Assembly (NCBI GenBank): GCA_008632985.1
Contig: QPGO01000086.1
Location: 62,001-126,000, forward strand
Length of the DNA: 64,000 bases
From: Psammoneis japonica
Taxonomy: Eukaryota
Reading direction: 5' to 3'
Below, piece by piece: positions 34,601 through 45,838 of this stretch (positions are counted from its first letter, which is position 1; every line of letters starts with the position of its first letter). Made by a program: the position numbers and the translations under genes. The notes beneath the pieces were generated by a model, which was given only the letters and a program-made list of their open reading frames with translations, did no database searches and had not been told where the DNA came from.

Positions 34601-37000
34601 TCACCATTTGTTCCAATGGGTGTTGGCGGCAGAGGCTCGGGAAGAGGTGACACCATGCTGGACGGCATGTTGAGCAGCATTGAGATCACGCATGAACTCA
34701 GCTCTGGTGGAGGCATCCAGAGACACCAGGAGAGTTTCTGCGGATGGCAAAAATTAAAATGGCACAGGAATTCATGGTTGGATAAAGACTGCAGGTGGGA
34801 GGCATCGTCAGCGGCAGTGTCGAGGTGTCCAGGCAAGCAGTCATGCAACCCCAAGCAGTGATGGCAGCGTTGATGGTGGGATTGGCATCGAAGCAACCGG
34901 GAGGCGGGTTTGACGGTGGTGGCAGCACGTTTACATTGCCAATGCATGGTGCCTGAATTGTCGGTGTGTGAAAGGTCAGTGTGTTCACGGATGTCAAAGC
35001 AGTTGGCGGCGCCGCAGGACTGGATGACACTGCCGGCAAGTTCTGGGTCTGTGTTGGTGATGGGACCTCGCGGGTTGGAGAAAGTGGAGAGTTGACTGCT
35101 GACACTTTTGGGAAAAGGCAGTCGCCACACTGCGGGACCCGCATCTCTCTGTTGACAGTGTCGGCAATTGCCGAAACAGAGAGTGGCTGCTCCAGGTGCT
35201 GTGGCACTGGTTGGTGGAAGGACGCCGCCTGCGCCGTGACCTGCAGCATCATGACAACCGGTGAGTGTTGGTCTCAGTGGGACCAACTCTTGAGTGCAAA
35301 CGGGTCGGGTGTCTAGGGTAGATTCTAGATCCCGAAAGTCATCCAGTGCGCTGTGCGCAGTGGCGGAGATCCGGACGCATGAGTCCGGCGTGGCATGTCG
35401 GAGATTTTCTTGGAGTGCTGAGAAGAGACCCCGGGAGCCGGGCATGGCAATGCTCAAAGAGCGCAGCTCTCCCAGCAGCTTCTGACAATCAGAGACGGTG
35501 GCACGTTCACGTGTGTGGAGGAAATCCTTGTGCAGCGTTGTACGAAGTCGGGCATGCCGACAGGGCATGAGCCGGATGGTCATGGCGCGAGCATCTGTGA
35601 GCCATCCCAGACGTGTTCCAGCTCTAGGTGGGACCTCGCACTGCTGAACTGTGACACAATTATTTTTTATCACCCGTCGCATGTTTCGCACGTACATTTC
35701 TACGTGTTCTATTATAAAAAATTGTTCCACACTGCCTGTTTTGCGAAGCCAAAGGCTTTCTGTTGTCTGCACTTGTGTCAATAAAAATGCGCTGGGTGTG
35801 TTCTTTAATGTCTAAAGAGTGTGCCCGGGCATGCTGTAAAGAATGCACTTCAAGTGTGGAGGAGGAGATGCGTTCGCAAAATTGCCTCTTTTTCTGTTGG
35901 CGATCATTCACACATCCATTGCTTGACAATTTTACTGTGGAGCTCGCACATAGAATTCTGCGGGCCCAATGTCACAAAAAGTCCCACCTGGGACTGGAAC
36001 CCGTCCCCAGGACTTCTTTCTGTGTGGACCATGTGGCATCACCCTGGCGGAGCTTCTTGACGGAGATGGGCTCCTTGCGGGTGGCTGGGTCGTGTGCATT
36101 GAGTGGGCGAAAGACGTCATCGAGAGCGTGCAGCATCACACGGTGGACGTTGCGCCGGGCTCGTTTGGATCCTTGCGCAGCACCAAGGAAGTCATCTGCA
36201 TAGATGTCGATGCATTGCAAGCGGCGGCACTGACGCGGTCGAAGGTGTGGGTCAGGCGTGTCAGGAATGGGCACGGCCTGTGAAGCTGCGGCAACTTGTG
36301 GTGGTTGGTGCTTTGGCGGGCGGCTGTCTAAGAGCGCTTCCAGCGGATGTGGCGGCGCTTGGACATTGTGCACCAAATCCAAATTGGTGACATCGGCGAC
36401 AGTTTCCGTTGATGTGCAGAACAATGGCGGGGAGTTGGCCCAGCCCACAGGCAAGCGTGTTGGAATTGCAACCAATGGTGGCTCTCCCGGTTGGTTCGGG
36501 AACACCACACCAAGTGCAGGAGCCTGTTCTGGTGCAACTTGCATGCGGCAACAACCATCGGCCAGGTCTATCTTCACAAGATAGACGGTGCCTTTTTTAG
36601 GATCGGCAAGGAGGATGCGGCGTAGAAGGCAGTCAAAGGCATGTCCAAATTGCATTGCTTCCATTGCAGCATTGGGTTGCATGGAAGTGTTCAGCCCACA
36701 GCAGGTGCAGTCCACGATGGGACAGGGACGTCGACCATGTTGAGGCACAACGCCAATTGGACTTGGGCGAAGACCGGGGGTGTGCTGCACTTCCTCGTGG
36801 GGGGCAGGGGGACGACAACCCAAAAACCTTTTTCAACCATGTCAGCCATGTCTTGGCGCAAAAACTCGATGTGTTCGTAGGCGGATTTGTGTGGACCCCT
36901 GGAGATGCTAGCGTCTAGCTCAGCATGCGTCCATGGTGCATCGGCGGCAGTGATGGGGGCACCTCGGCACTTGCAAGTGCTCAGAAGTCGATGAGCTGGG
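34600..37000 (-). pseudogene. Reverse transcriptase-RNase H of the retrotransposon, interrupted by a MITE
   Basis: SPIGVVPQ, KIDLADGCCR, RLPVGWANSPPLFC, IYADDFLG, KEVLG/WLTD, GCHDAAGHGAGG, ITNTDPELAG, ADDASHL. Confidence 0.88.
35610..36005. mobile_element. 396-bp MITE nested in the RT gene
   Basis: 25-bp imperfect TIR gacgtgttccagctctaggtgggac / gtcccacctgggactggaacccgtc; TSD ccca (35606-35609 / 36006-36009); removing it restores the RT peptide KEVLG-WLTD. Confidence 0.88.
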
Positions 37001-37239
37001 TGTTGCTTGACTCGATGGAGTGGACCCCAATCGCCTACGACGCAGTGGCGCAGCATCAGTTTGCATGTGCTCACCCAATTTATCATCAAAGATTGTGGCA
37101 GCAACATCCTGTCCACGGGCAGTGGGGCGGGTGCACTGCCTCTTGAAACTCTCCACAGTCGGGGGGTTGTGGACGCGACAGCGAATCGGCCATCGCGGGT
37201 GAAGGCTCTCGGCTCCAAGTCCCTGAACTTGGGCCGTTG

Positions 37240-39150
37240 CCGAAGACCTGTTCGGTCTTCCAGTTCTCCTCACCCCAGGTGAAAAGGGTGGCCTGTTCGT
37301 CTTCTGTGTGGTCATTGCGATGATCACAGGACGAGCCACAGTTGGTGTCACATTGCCCTTTGCAATGGTGGGGGAAGCAATGAGGGCGACCTTGGGCATC
37401 TTTGGGGAGGTCGATGTTGTCCCTTGCTCATCGGTTTTTGACATCGCGTGACCTGATGTTGGGGCAGTCACGGAGCGTGGCAAAGCGGTTGTCGCAGGAA
37501 GGATTGCGGACCACGCTGTTGCTTCCTGCAGCTTGGCTGTCAGGGGCCATGTTGTTGGCAGGCTGGCGTTGAGATGCTGGGGCCGGTGCGGCCCCCAGCA
37601 CAGAACTGGGGTTGGCAGCTTGCATGCCAGCAGGCAAGTGCAGACGCCAGTGGACGATTCCTTTAGCCACTTCAAACACAACGTTGAAGGGTGTGAATGG
37701 TGACGGGTGGAGTGAGGCTTCTTGAGCCTTGAACCAATGGCGAACTTCAATCTGCACATGGTGTTGAAAGTCCGCGGGAAGAGTTGGGCACCAAGTGGCC
37801 TGTGCTGCCAATTCATTGGCATGCCGGTCCATGTCTTGACGTTGACGGGTGAGCCACTGGACAACTGGATGGTTGGCCCCAAGCGAAGCAGAAAGCACCA
37901 GACGGCATCCATCGCACAACTGCTGGGCGGCTTGCATTGTCGTTGCCATGAGCGCCTTGTCTGGAGCTTCCAGGATTTGAGTGTCCTGGAGGGACGGGGC
38001 CGCAGTGCCGCCATGAATGTGCACATGCATGGCCTTGCGGCAGGCAATCTGTTCAGCACTGTCTGGTGCAGTGATCCCAAATTGGAAGGGGGCGATGCCT
38101 TGGGTGGGCTCGTCTTGATTGTGACCAGCAAATTTGAGCTGCACGAGCTTGGTGATGAGACTGACGGCAACAGGTGCGTCGAAATGGACGGCCATTGCCT
38201 GGCGTTGCTCGTCAATTGCATTTTGGACAACTGCCAGGCGGCCTGTCTTTGGCAATGCGTGGGCGGCAGTGCCATCTCGTTGAGGACGTGGCACCAATTC
38301 ATGAGCTTGGTGACACCGAAAGGTCCCCAAAATTTGTTGGGCACCTTGCCCCGGGCAGCTGCTTGCTGACGTGCTGCAGCATCAAGTCGAAGTTGGCATT
38401 GCTCAGTGGTGAGCCCTTCAATGGCTTGTGTGACCGGCTGGAAGTGCTGCGCAGTGGGTGGCGCATGGCCCAGTCTCCCAGGGATGTCACGCGACACCTT
38501 GGCATCAAAGAATTGAATGAGGGCTTCATTGGGGGGGTGTGTCATGACAGGCCAAGGTCGTGTCACAACAGATGCCATTTGGTTGTTGGCAATGGCACAG
38601 CAGGCGACGCGAAGAAAATCGAGCTGTGGTTGAATGGCGGCCACTTTGTTGGCTGCTGTGGCGGCGCCGTGCACCCGCTGATGGGCTTGTTTTGGGTGCA
38701 AGGGTTGTGCCAACAAGAGCGGCACAAACTCAAATGGCACATGCACCGCGTTCCCAGTTTGCACAACCTCTGAATTTTGTGCATTCTCAGCCAGATGCGG
38801 ATGCAGGCCGTCCGCATTGTTGGTGACATGCTCCAGGAGTGCAGCATGAGTCAGCACCCTAGTCCCCTGCTGTGCTAGATTGAACGAGTCGTCTCCAAAT
38901 TCGACCAGAGTGAACTGTCCACGGGTTAGATCACCTGCCATTGCATGCGTCTCACTGTCCCAAGGTTCGGCGGGCCCAACCACGGTCATCGGACAAGTGG
39001 TGACGCGGTGGAGGACTTGAATCTGTCCTTCGTCCGCTGCACCAGCCTCTCAACAGTGTGCGATGACTGCCATCGGCTGATCATGACTTAACGCCGCTGC
39101 AACTCGCCCATGTGGTGCCTGGTCGGAGAATCGAACTCCGGTCAACTGTC
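37240..39150 (-). pseudogene. Gag-like ORF1 of the retrotransposon
   Basis: Long frameshifted ORF upstream of RT, ending in a Cys/His knuckle (CFPHHCKGQCDTNCGSSCDH at about 37320-37380). Confidence 0.65.
39113..39140 (-). other. tRNA 3'-end-like fragment (T arm, acceptor 3' strand, discriminator A, CCA)
   Basis: Minus strand reads CGGAG-TTCGATT-CTCCG-ACCAGGC-A-CCA with canonical spacing; no matching 5' half. Confidence 0.5.
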
Positions 39151-40294
39151 CAGCGGCTTCTTGCTCTTTGTTGCTCTTCGGAAGAATGAGTGAAACAAGT
39201 GAGAGAAAGGAGCAAAAAACTGTCATTTGCTCGCCAAGCTCGCGCAAGCACGTTCAAATTTGAATTCAAACGGTTTGCATGACCCAATGGTCAAAAACGG
39301 GTCATTTGCCTCGTCGCACTGCACAAGGTGGGTCGTGTGGTGGAGGTCACGTTGGGTGCCTGTGGAGCCTGAAGACGCTGGTCAACAGTGGCCAAATGGT
39401 GCAATTTGGATTTGTCGCTGTTGAAAGGTGCTTAGATTATAAACAACAGTGGGCATTTCCATCATTTGAAGCTCGCTGTGAAATTGCTTGGTGCGCCACC
39501 AAAAGAAGAAGAAGAACTCAGCCTCAACATGGGCTTTGTGCAGCGCCCCCTTTCTCACGGGGTTGCTGGAGTGGCCGCAGCTTTTGTTTTTCTGTGACAT
39601 TATTGGAGACAGCTGCCTTGATGTTGGCTTCTCCAATCCTTTGGCTTGCCATTGTTTTGCACCCAAGGAAGCTTCCGGGGTCAGCAGGGCAGTGATCACA
39701 GACAAGCATCGCGTTGCTGTCATCCTCTTCACTTGCTGCAACAACCCATTGTGCAGCGGCCATCTTGCCATGCTCAAGGAACACCTTGCATCATGGTGAG
39801 ATTCACAGGGTGATTTTCTGGGTGATTCTTGCTTCTTTCAAAAGCACTGCAATGCTCAGTTGGCTTCTTGTCTTCGTGAGTGTGGGCAGGCCTTTGCCGT
39901 CGGCGCTTGCCGTCCTCTTGGAGCCACCGCCAGAGGAGCAGCAGGAGCTGCAGGTTGGTTGTTGTTGCACCTGTCTTCTGCCTCCAGCAAAGCACCTCCA
40001 CAAGTGCGTTGCACACTGCTGATGCACAATGAATGAGTGAAGCCAGTCTGAGCTGCTTCTGGGCTGAACAACAGAGTCGTTGCCTCACTCTGTTTTTCTC
40101 GTTGACGCTGCCACTGTCGTTGGTGGAAGAAAGGGCTGCTCTCTGTGGTTGAGCAGCATTGCTCATCTCAATGCAGCAGCTTCCCAAAAGGACATCTGCT
40201 GTCACAACCACTGCCAGCAGCAAGACTGCTTTCTTCTCAATGGGCGGGCGGGGTTGGCAAGCAGAGCAAAACAGAGTGAGTGTCTGTGGGCACG

Positions 40295-40807
40295 TCACAA
40301 TGTGGTGAATGTAATTTTTTTTGCATTGATTGTTGACAAAATCTGTCATGCACATGCTGGCCAATTTTGTTCTCCAACATCAAATTGCAGCTGCAAAACA
40401 GCTTTCATTTTTGCTCTTTTTTGGTCATCGCACACGTTGCTCTGCACATCTGCTTTTGGACAAATGTGCCTTTTTTGCATGCTCAGCTGTTTTTTTTTTT
40501 GCAAAGCCCTTTTTGCCTTTGTTCTGTTTGAAGTTGGTCACAATGTGGTGAATGCAACATTTTTTGCACTGGTTCTTGACAATTTTTGTCATTGTGTGTC
40601 ATCTGTTGTGCACGTGCCAACCAACTTTGTTCTCCAATGTCAAGAAGCTGCAACTGCAAAGCAGTTTTCATTGGTGTTGTTCTTTTTTGGCCATTGCACA
40701 CATTGCTCTGCATCCATTTTTAGACAAATGTGTCTTTCACATGATGTTCAGCTGTCTTTTGCAATGCCCTGTGCTTGCCTTTGTTCTGTTTTTAAAATTG
40801 AAGTTGG
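40295..40807 (+). repeat. Diverged tandem duplication, period 243 bp
   Basis: tcacaatgtggtgaatg...gcctttgttctgttt..gaagttgg starting at 40295 and 40538. Confidence 0.8.
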
Positions 40808-42020
40808 CTGCCCTCACTTCCTCCTCCCCACACACTGTTCACATGTTGCTTTTTTTGTGCCCCCCTTCACTGCAAAATCTGCATTCCTGCCTTTTCAATG
40901 TTGCCAGTTCTTTTGCCACAAATCATCAGCACTTTGTTTTTTCTTCATTGACACATTGCTCCTTTCTGCACAATTTTCAGCACCATTGCTGCACACACAC
41001 AATCACTTGCACACTTCACACCAGTGCACCGGCTCCTCAAACTTTGAAAAACAAGAGTGCATGCTGCTGTTGCAACTCACATGGGCGGGTTCTGTGCATT
41101 GCCTCCAATCAGCAACTGACCATGGCAGTGACCAACTTCAACCCCCCCACCCCTTCAGCCAAGGAGGAGGTCAGCCCTGATCCTTTGTTTGCACCCGGTG
41201 ATGAGGTTGATTTGGTGGATGGACTGCCTCCATTGTGCTTGTCTGGATCATCTGAAGCAGCCATTGTTGCCAAATTGCAAGTGCAGCAAAACATTTTTTC
41301 AGCAGAAAATTGCAAGCCAAGTTGGCCAAATTCAAGCTAAAGAAAAGCAGAGACCAAGCTTGACCACCCTTGAATGTGATGGCAATGTTTGACATCAAGT
41401 GCAGCACCTGCTCTCTGCCCCATTGTTGCCAAGGCAAGGCCAAGGCAACAAAACAACATGATGCCTTTGCACCACCTGAAATGCACCAACATCACAGGGC
41501 ACCAATGAAAAGATGAGTGTGAATGGAGGTTTGGCAAGCTGTTTGAAGACATGGGTGCAGCTGGGCTGATGCACACAATGCCAAAGAGCACAGCACACAA
41601 AGCCCCAGCTTTCATGCCTCAGACAAATGATGGGGCAGCAGGTTGAAGGCTGAAAACAGATGATGCGTGTGTCACCAGCCTGCACAGGAAGGCAAACAGA
41701 AGCTGAATTGGGCTGCCATCAAAAAATGTTTGCAGCACAAAAATGCCTCATGATGCCACAATGCTGCTGCTCAAAGTGTGCTCAAGAGAGGCCGCTGGGG
41801 AGCTGCCACCCACAACAAAGCAGACGCCAGTCAAAGGGCACTCACAAAAAAGCAGACACCAGTCAAAGAGCACTTTGTGTTTCCATGCACAAAGATCAAA
41901 GTGCACAATGGGAATCATTCGAAAATGTCGCGTGGGTCACAACCAACATTTTGCACGAGGAAAAACACAAAATCGTGTAGAAATGCACACAATGTCACAC
42001 GAGAGAGTGACCAGAGCTAA

Positions 42021-42134
42021 TGACTTTTCGGGAACTGAGTTGAAATGCTGTCTGATTGACTGCATTGGCCTTCACCATGTGAGTCAAAATGCCGTCAATC
42101 AGACAGCATTTCAATTGATTTCCCGAGAAGTTGA
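42021..42134. repeat. Long imperfect palindrome (~46-bp arms)
   Basis: ttgaaatgctgtctgattgac and gtcaatcagacagcatttcaa are exact reverse complements within longer imperfect arms. Confidence 0.85.
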
Positions 42135-43992
42135 CATTCGCACACGGATGGATGGACAGACTGACGGCAATTGTTTTTAGTGCTCTCCTGCACAATTTCT
42201 GCGTGATGACTCTCAGGACCCGAATGACTCCCATTGCCATGTGGCAAATGTGGAAAAGAGTGTGCAAGTCAAAGACGGGGCAAGTGGAGAGTTGAACGTG
42301 TGATGTCATGCAGCAAATGAGCTTTGTGAAGGAAAAGAAGGATCAGCTTGCAAGGCTGAAGCAGCACAAGATGGCAGCAGCAGCAGAAAAGGAGGCAATG
42401 GAGATGTGAAAATGCACGCCACAGCTCTCTCCTCATTTTCTGTCTTTTTTCTTTGTGCTCCCAGACAGCACTGGCACCAGCAGCACCACAATGCATGAGA
42501 TGATGCATTGTTTGCAGCAAGGTGCAAGAGACAACACTGTTGACACCAGCAGTGGCACCAGCACCTGCGTGCAACAGCTGCTGCAGCGGTGCCAGAGCAG
42601 CGCCCAGGGCAGGAAGAGAGACACCAGAGCTACTGCCAGCAATGCCATCACTGGCAATGGCGCCTTTGCTGGCAGCAGCCACTGCTCATGTCAAAGAGGG
42701 GGGCATGAGTGGCACCACCTTTGTCACCTCCACCACCAGCCAGCAGCACTTTGCTGGCAGTCAGAGCTTCAAGCACGGCTGGAACAATGACTGTTGCAGA
42801 AGTTTTGTGCCCCACAGCTCTCACATGCCTTTTTCCACTTTGCCCTGAAGCTGTGGCATGGTTGCCAAGCCTGTGCAAAATGAAAAGAGACAGCTGAATG
42901 ATGCCACCACACATTGTCACCAAACACCTTCTTGGACCAGTGGTGGGACTGCCCACCATCCAGCTGCAGCTCTCACTTGCAGGCGGTGTTGGGACAAACA
43001 TCATGGGATGTGCTGCTCCAGGCAACAAGGCACTGTCTTGTTTGCAGGGTGCTGCTGCTGATTGCACAAGAGTGTTTGTTTTCAACAAATCAACATTGCC
43101 AGGAAGAAGCCTGCCTGTGGCTGGCAAGAGCATCACTGCTGTGGGTTGTGGTGCACTGACTGTCATCCTCCTTGCACCCAGATTGAGGTTGAACATTGTC
43201 CCCTGCAGCAGGTGCTGGCAGTCATTGATGCAATGCTTGAAATGCTGTGGCAACCAGCAGCACAGCACAAGAGAGCCTGGAGAAGCAGCAGCTTCACAAT
43301 CTGTTGAGAGTGCAGTTGATGTCCCATCCAGTGTGTGCTGTTTTTGCCATTGCCAGACACTGGTCTCACATGTTTTCACACACTCTTTCAACAGGGGTGG
43401 GCAACAATCTGTGAAGCAGCAATGGCAACTCAGGGATGCCATTGCTGTGGAATGTTCAAATGGGGTGCATCACAAGTGCTTCCCATTTCTTTGGCATGAC
43501 GACAAGTCAGTTTTTGACAAAGAGGAGGAGGCAGCATGTGCCAGCAGGGGTTGGCCAAACAGTGCAGCAAAGGGGTCATGCCAATGCAGGGTAAACAGCA
43601 TGTGCAACTGCAACACAGCCTCATTTTTAGAATTTTGCTCATTCCACAATGTATCCCATTCCCTCCAGCTAGACATCATGGCGCATTTCGACCTCAGCTG
43701 GGAATGTCAGCACCTTGGACCCCGTTTCTTTGTTCGAAATCATGGAATCCACAAACAAAATGCGGCAAGGTGAGTGTCGAACGAAATGTGAAATAAATGA
43801 CCTCTTTTGGCTCTTCAAATGATGTCACGGAATGCCATGGTACCAAGATTTTTTTGGAATTTGGGTTCATGTCGCTGTTCGATGAGAGACGGAACATCTC
43901 TTTTTCCCCGTCTTGTCCCGTTTTCATTTTATTTTAGGTATTTTCATCAGGTATGCAAATATGTACACTATTATGCAGTATCAGCTCTGTGT

Positions 43993-45838
43993 CTAGTTTG
44001 TTGCCACTCGTTTCCGTTTGAATTCATCACCATCCTCACTTGGAGGTTGGTTTTGACGGCGAACCCGCTTCCGCATCCATGTTTCTGGATAGAAACCGTC
44101 AGGCACTCCAATCTCGTGCCGAAACGCATTTGGTAAAAACATGTCTGTCGTGTACGGACGATCAGTGATGCGCAAGGCACGTTGAGGAATGTCTGCAACG
44201 ACGTAAGAATGAGACAGTTCGCACAAGCCTGGATTGCTTGTTGCGTCCTCCTTCAGAGACATTCTCGCCTTGTAGTATTGAACTCCGCCCTTTTCGTATC
44301 GGTCAAGAATGGTGCAGGATCGGAGACAAGTAGCATAATTGCTATGAGTGTCCCATGTCACAGTGTCTTCCTTGTTTTTGCTGTTCTTCAACTCGTTTGG
44401 TTCGTCAAAGAAGCACGCGGTTTGCAAGTTGCTGTGATAAGGATTGCTCGCTTGTTCCGTCGCTGTTCGAAAAGCTGGCGTCTCGCGATTCATGCGTTCA
44501 AACTCCGAGAGCGATACATACTTATCATCCTTTCCCTTGTATTCCTTCACATGTTTCTCCCATGCCTGGCTCCAATCACTTCCATAATCAATGAATATCT
44601 CTTCGTTTGGCTCGATAGGTCTCAGGCCACAATGTCCATCATGAGCCCCATACCGTGAGTCTTTGCCACGGTACTTGCTGAAAATGCGAACAATTCGGGA
44701 TGATGGTATTGCTGCCTCCGCGATAAAATGTCGTTGCTAAAGTCGGGGTTCTTATTCTCGTGCCAGCGAATTTTGGCATTTGCAGCCTTGTTCTTCGGGG
44801 GGTGATTGACATAGTTCACCATGGGTCCATAAGGCAACAGCAAGAGGTCCGAGTTGGGGTGACCATAACAATAGTTCATGATCAACTGCTTGGATGGAAT
44901 GTCGTGTTTTCCTTCATTATCAACAAGTACTTCATCGCGATGCATGGGAATCAGCGGGGTGGAGGTAATGATGCTTCCCTTTTCCAACGCTCGCTTGGCA
45001 AACAAACCCTTTCCCACCTTGGGTACGGTAGTCTCGTCGACACGAATATTGTTATCGAGACAAACCACCGAATCGTCGTTTGTGCTGAAACGTGACAAAT
45101 AGTAAGCACCGCCGTCAAAATCATCGTCGCTGCATTCAACAGTAAGTTCTTCTCCAGGAACAATGTCCCGAATAGCTGTGTAAGTTGCGTTTTGGCGATT
45201 CGCAAACGACCCAGCAGTCGGATCCCTTGAACGATGAATATCACCGCTTTGCGAGATTACATCGTGACGCATGGTGGAGGTCGGATGAAGCTCTCCTTTT
45301 CCAGTATACTCCATGTTGTAGTTCTTGGAAGTGCACGGGACAATTGCTGCAGCACCAGGGATAAACAAGAACGAGCTTTCACCCGAGTCTCGAGAGGCAC
45401 TTCTGGCATGTTATCGCCATCCCATACATACTCTCGTAGGGGCGGATGATCCTCATATAAAATCTTGGAATCGAAAATCGGAATGACAAGCTCCGCTCCA
45501 TAGAATTCGAGTTCCACAGAAGCTCCTTTTGGAATGTGACGACCGGTGAACATTCCCAAGCCAAACCCGTGTTCTTCCACTTCCTTAATAGGAGAAGGAC
45601 CGAGCCACATGCCACATTTCGACTCGTTTTCATCCTCTTCGTTGTCAATCCTGTCCACATCGTCCAGCACAACGGTCGCTGCTCCTTTCTTTATAGGGCA
45701 ACTCCCGCCTGCACAATCATCATCCGAGGACGAGTTGTTATTGCCGGCGGCAGCAGCCTCTTTTGTCGAAGCAACGCTAAGTCTACCACTAAGGAGTAGA
45801 ATAGCCAGAATCAAGGCTGTTGGAAGCAACCGCATCAT
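43993..45838 (-). CDS. Signal-peptide-bearing tandem SET-domain protein, frameshifts near 45380 and 44622
   Basis: Signal peptide MMRLLPTALILAILLL; GLGMFTG..AIRDIVPGEELTV; GKGLFAKR..YVNHP..RPIEPNEEIFIDYG. Confidence 0.8.

Larger units (their letters stand above)
33425..39150 (-). mobile_element. Decayed tyrosine-recombinase retrotransposon (DIRS/Ngaro-like): gag, RT/RNase H, YR
   Basis: Gene order and motifs listed in the three entries below; ends approximate; no terminal repeats recognised. Confidence 0.88.
39150..43620. repeat. Heavily decayed TpA- and CpG-depleted repeat remnants (right part of block D)
   Basis: Near absence of TA and CG; Tyr-free spurious ORFs such as 40080..41180 (366 aa). 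Confidence 0.8.

Noticed and set aside
35610..35781. N-terminus of ORF 34258..35781 as real protein
   Set aside because: It is read-through from the nested MITE.
39090..39190. Complete tRNA gene
   Set aside because: No 5' acceptor strand, D stem or paired anticodon stem.
33470..43620. Alternative genetic code or foreign TA-poor genome insert
   Set aside because: Conserved Tyr maps to both Cys and His codons, frameshifts are present, and non-coding repeats are affected equally, which fits mutation and not recoding.
33470..43620. Classical fungal RIP or CpG decay alone
   Set aside because: RIP raises TA and CpG decay does not remove it; neither explains Tyr->Cys/His.
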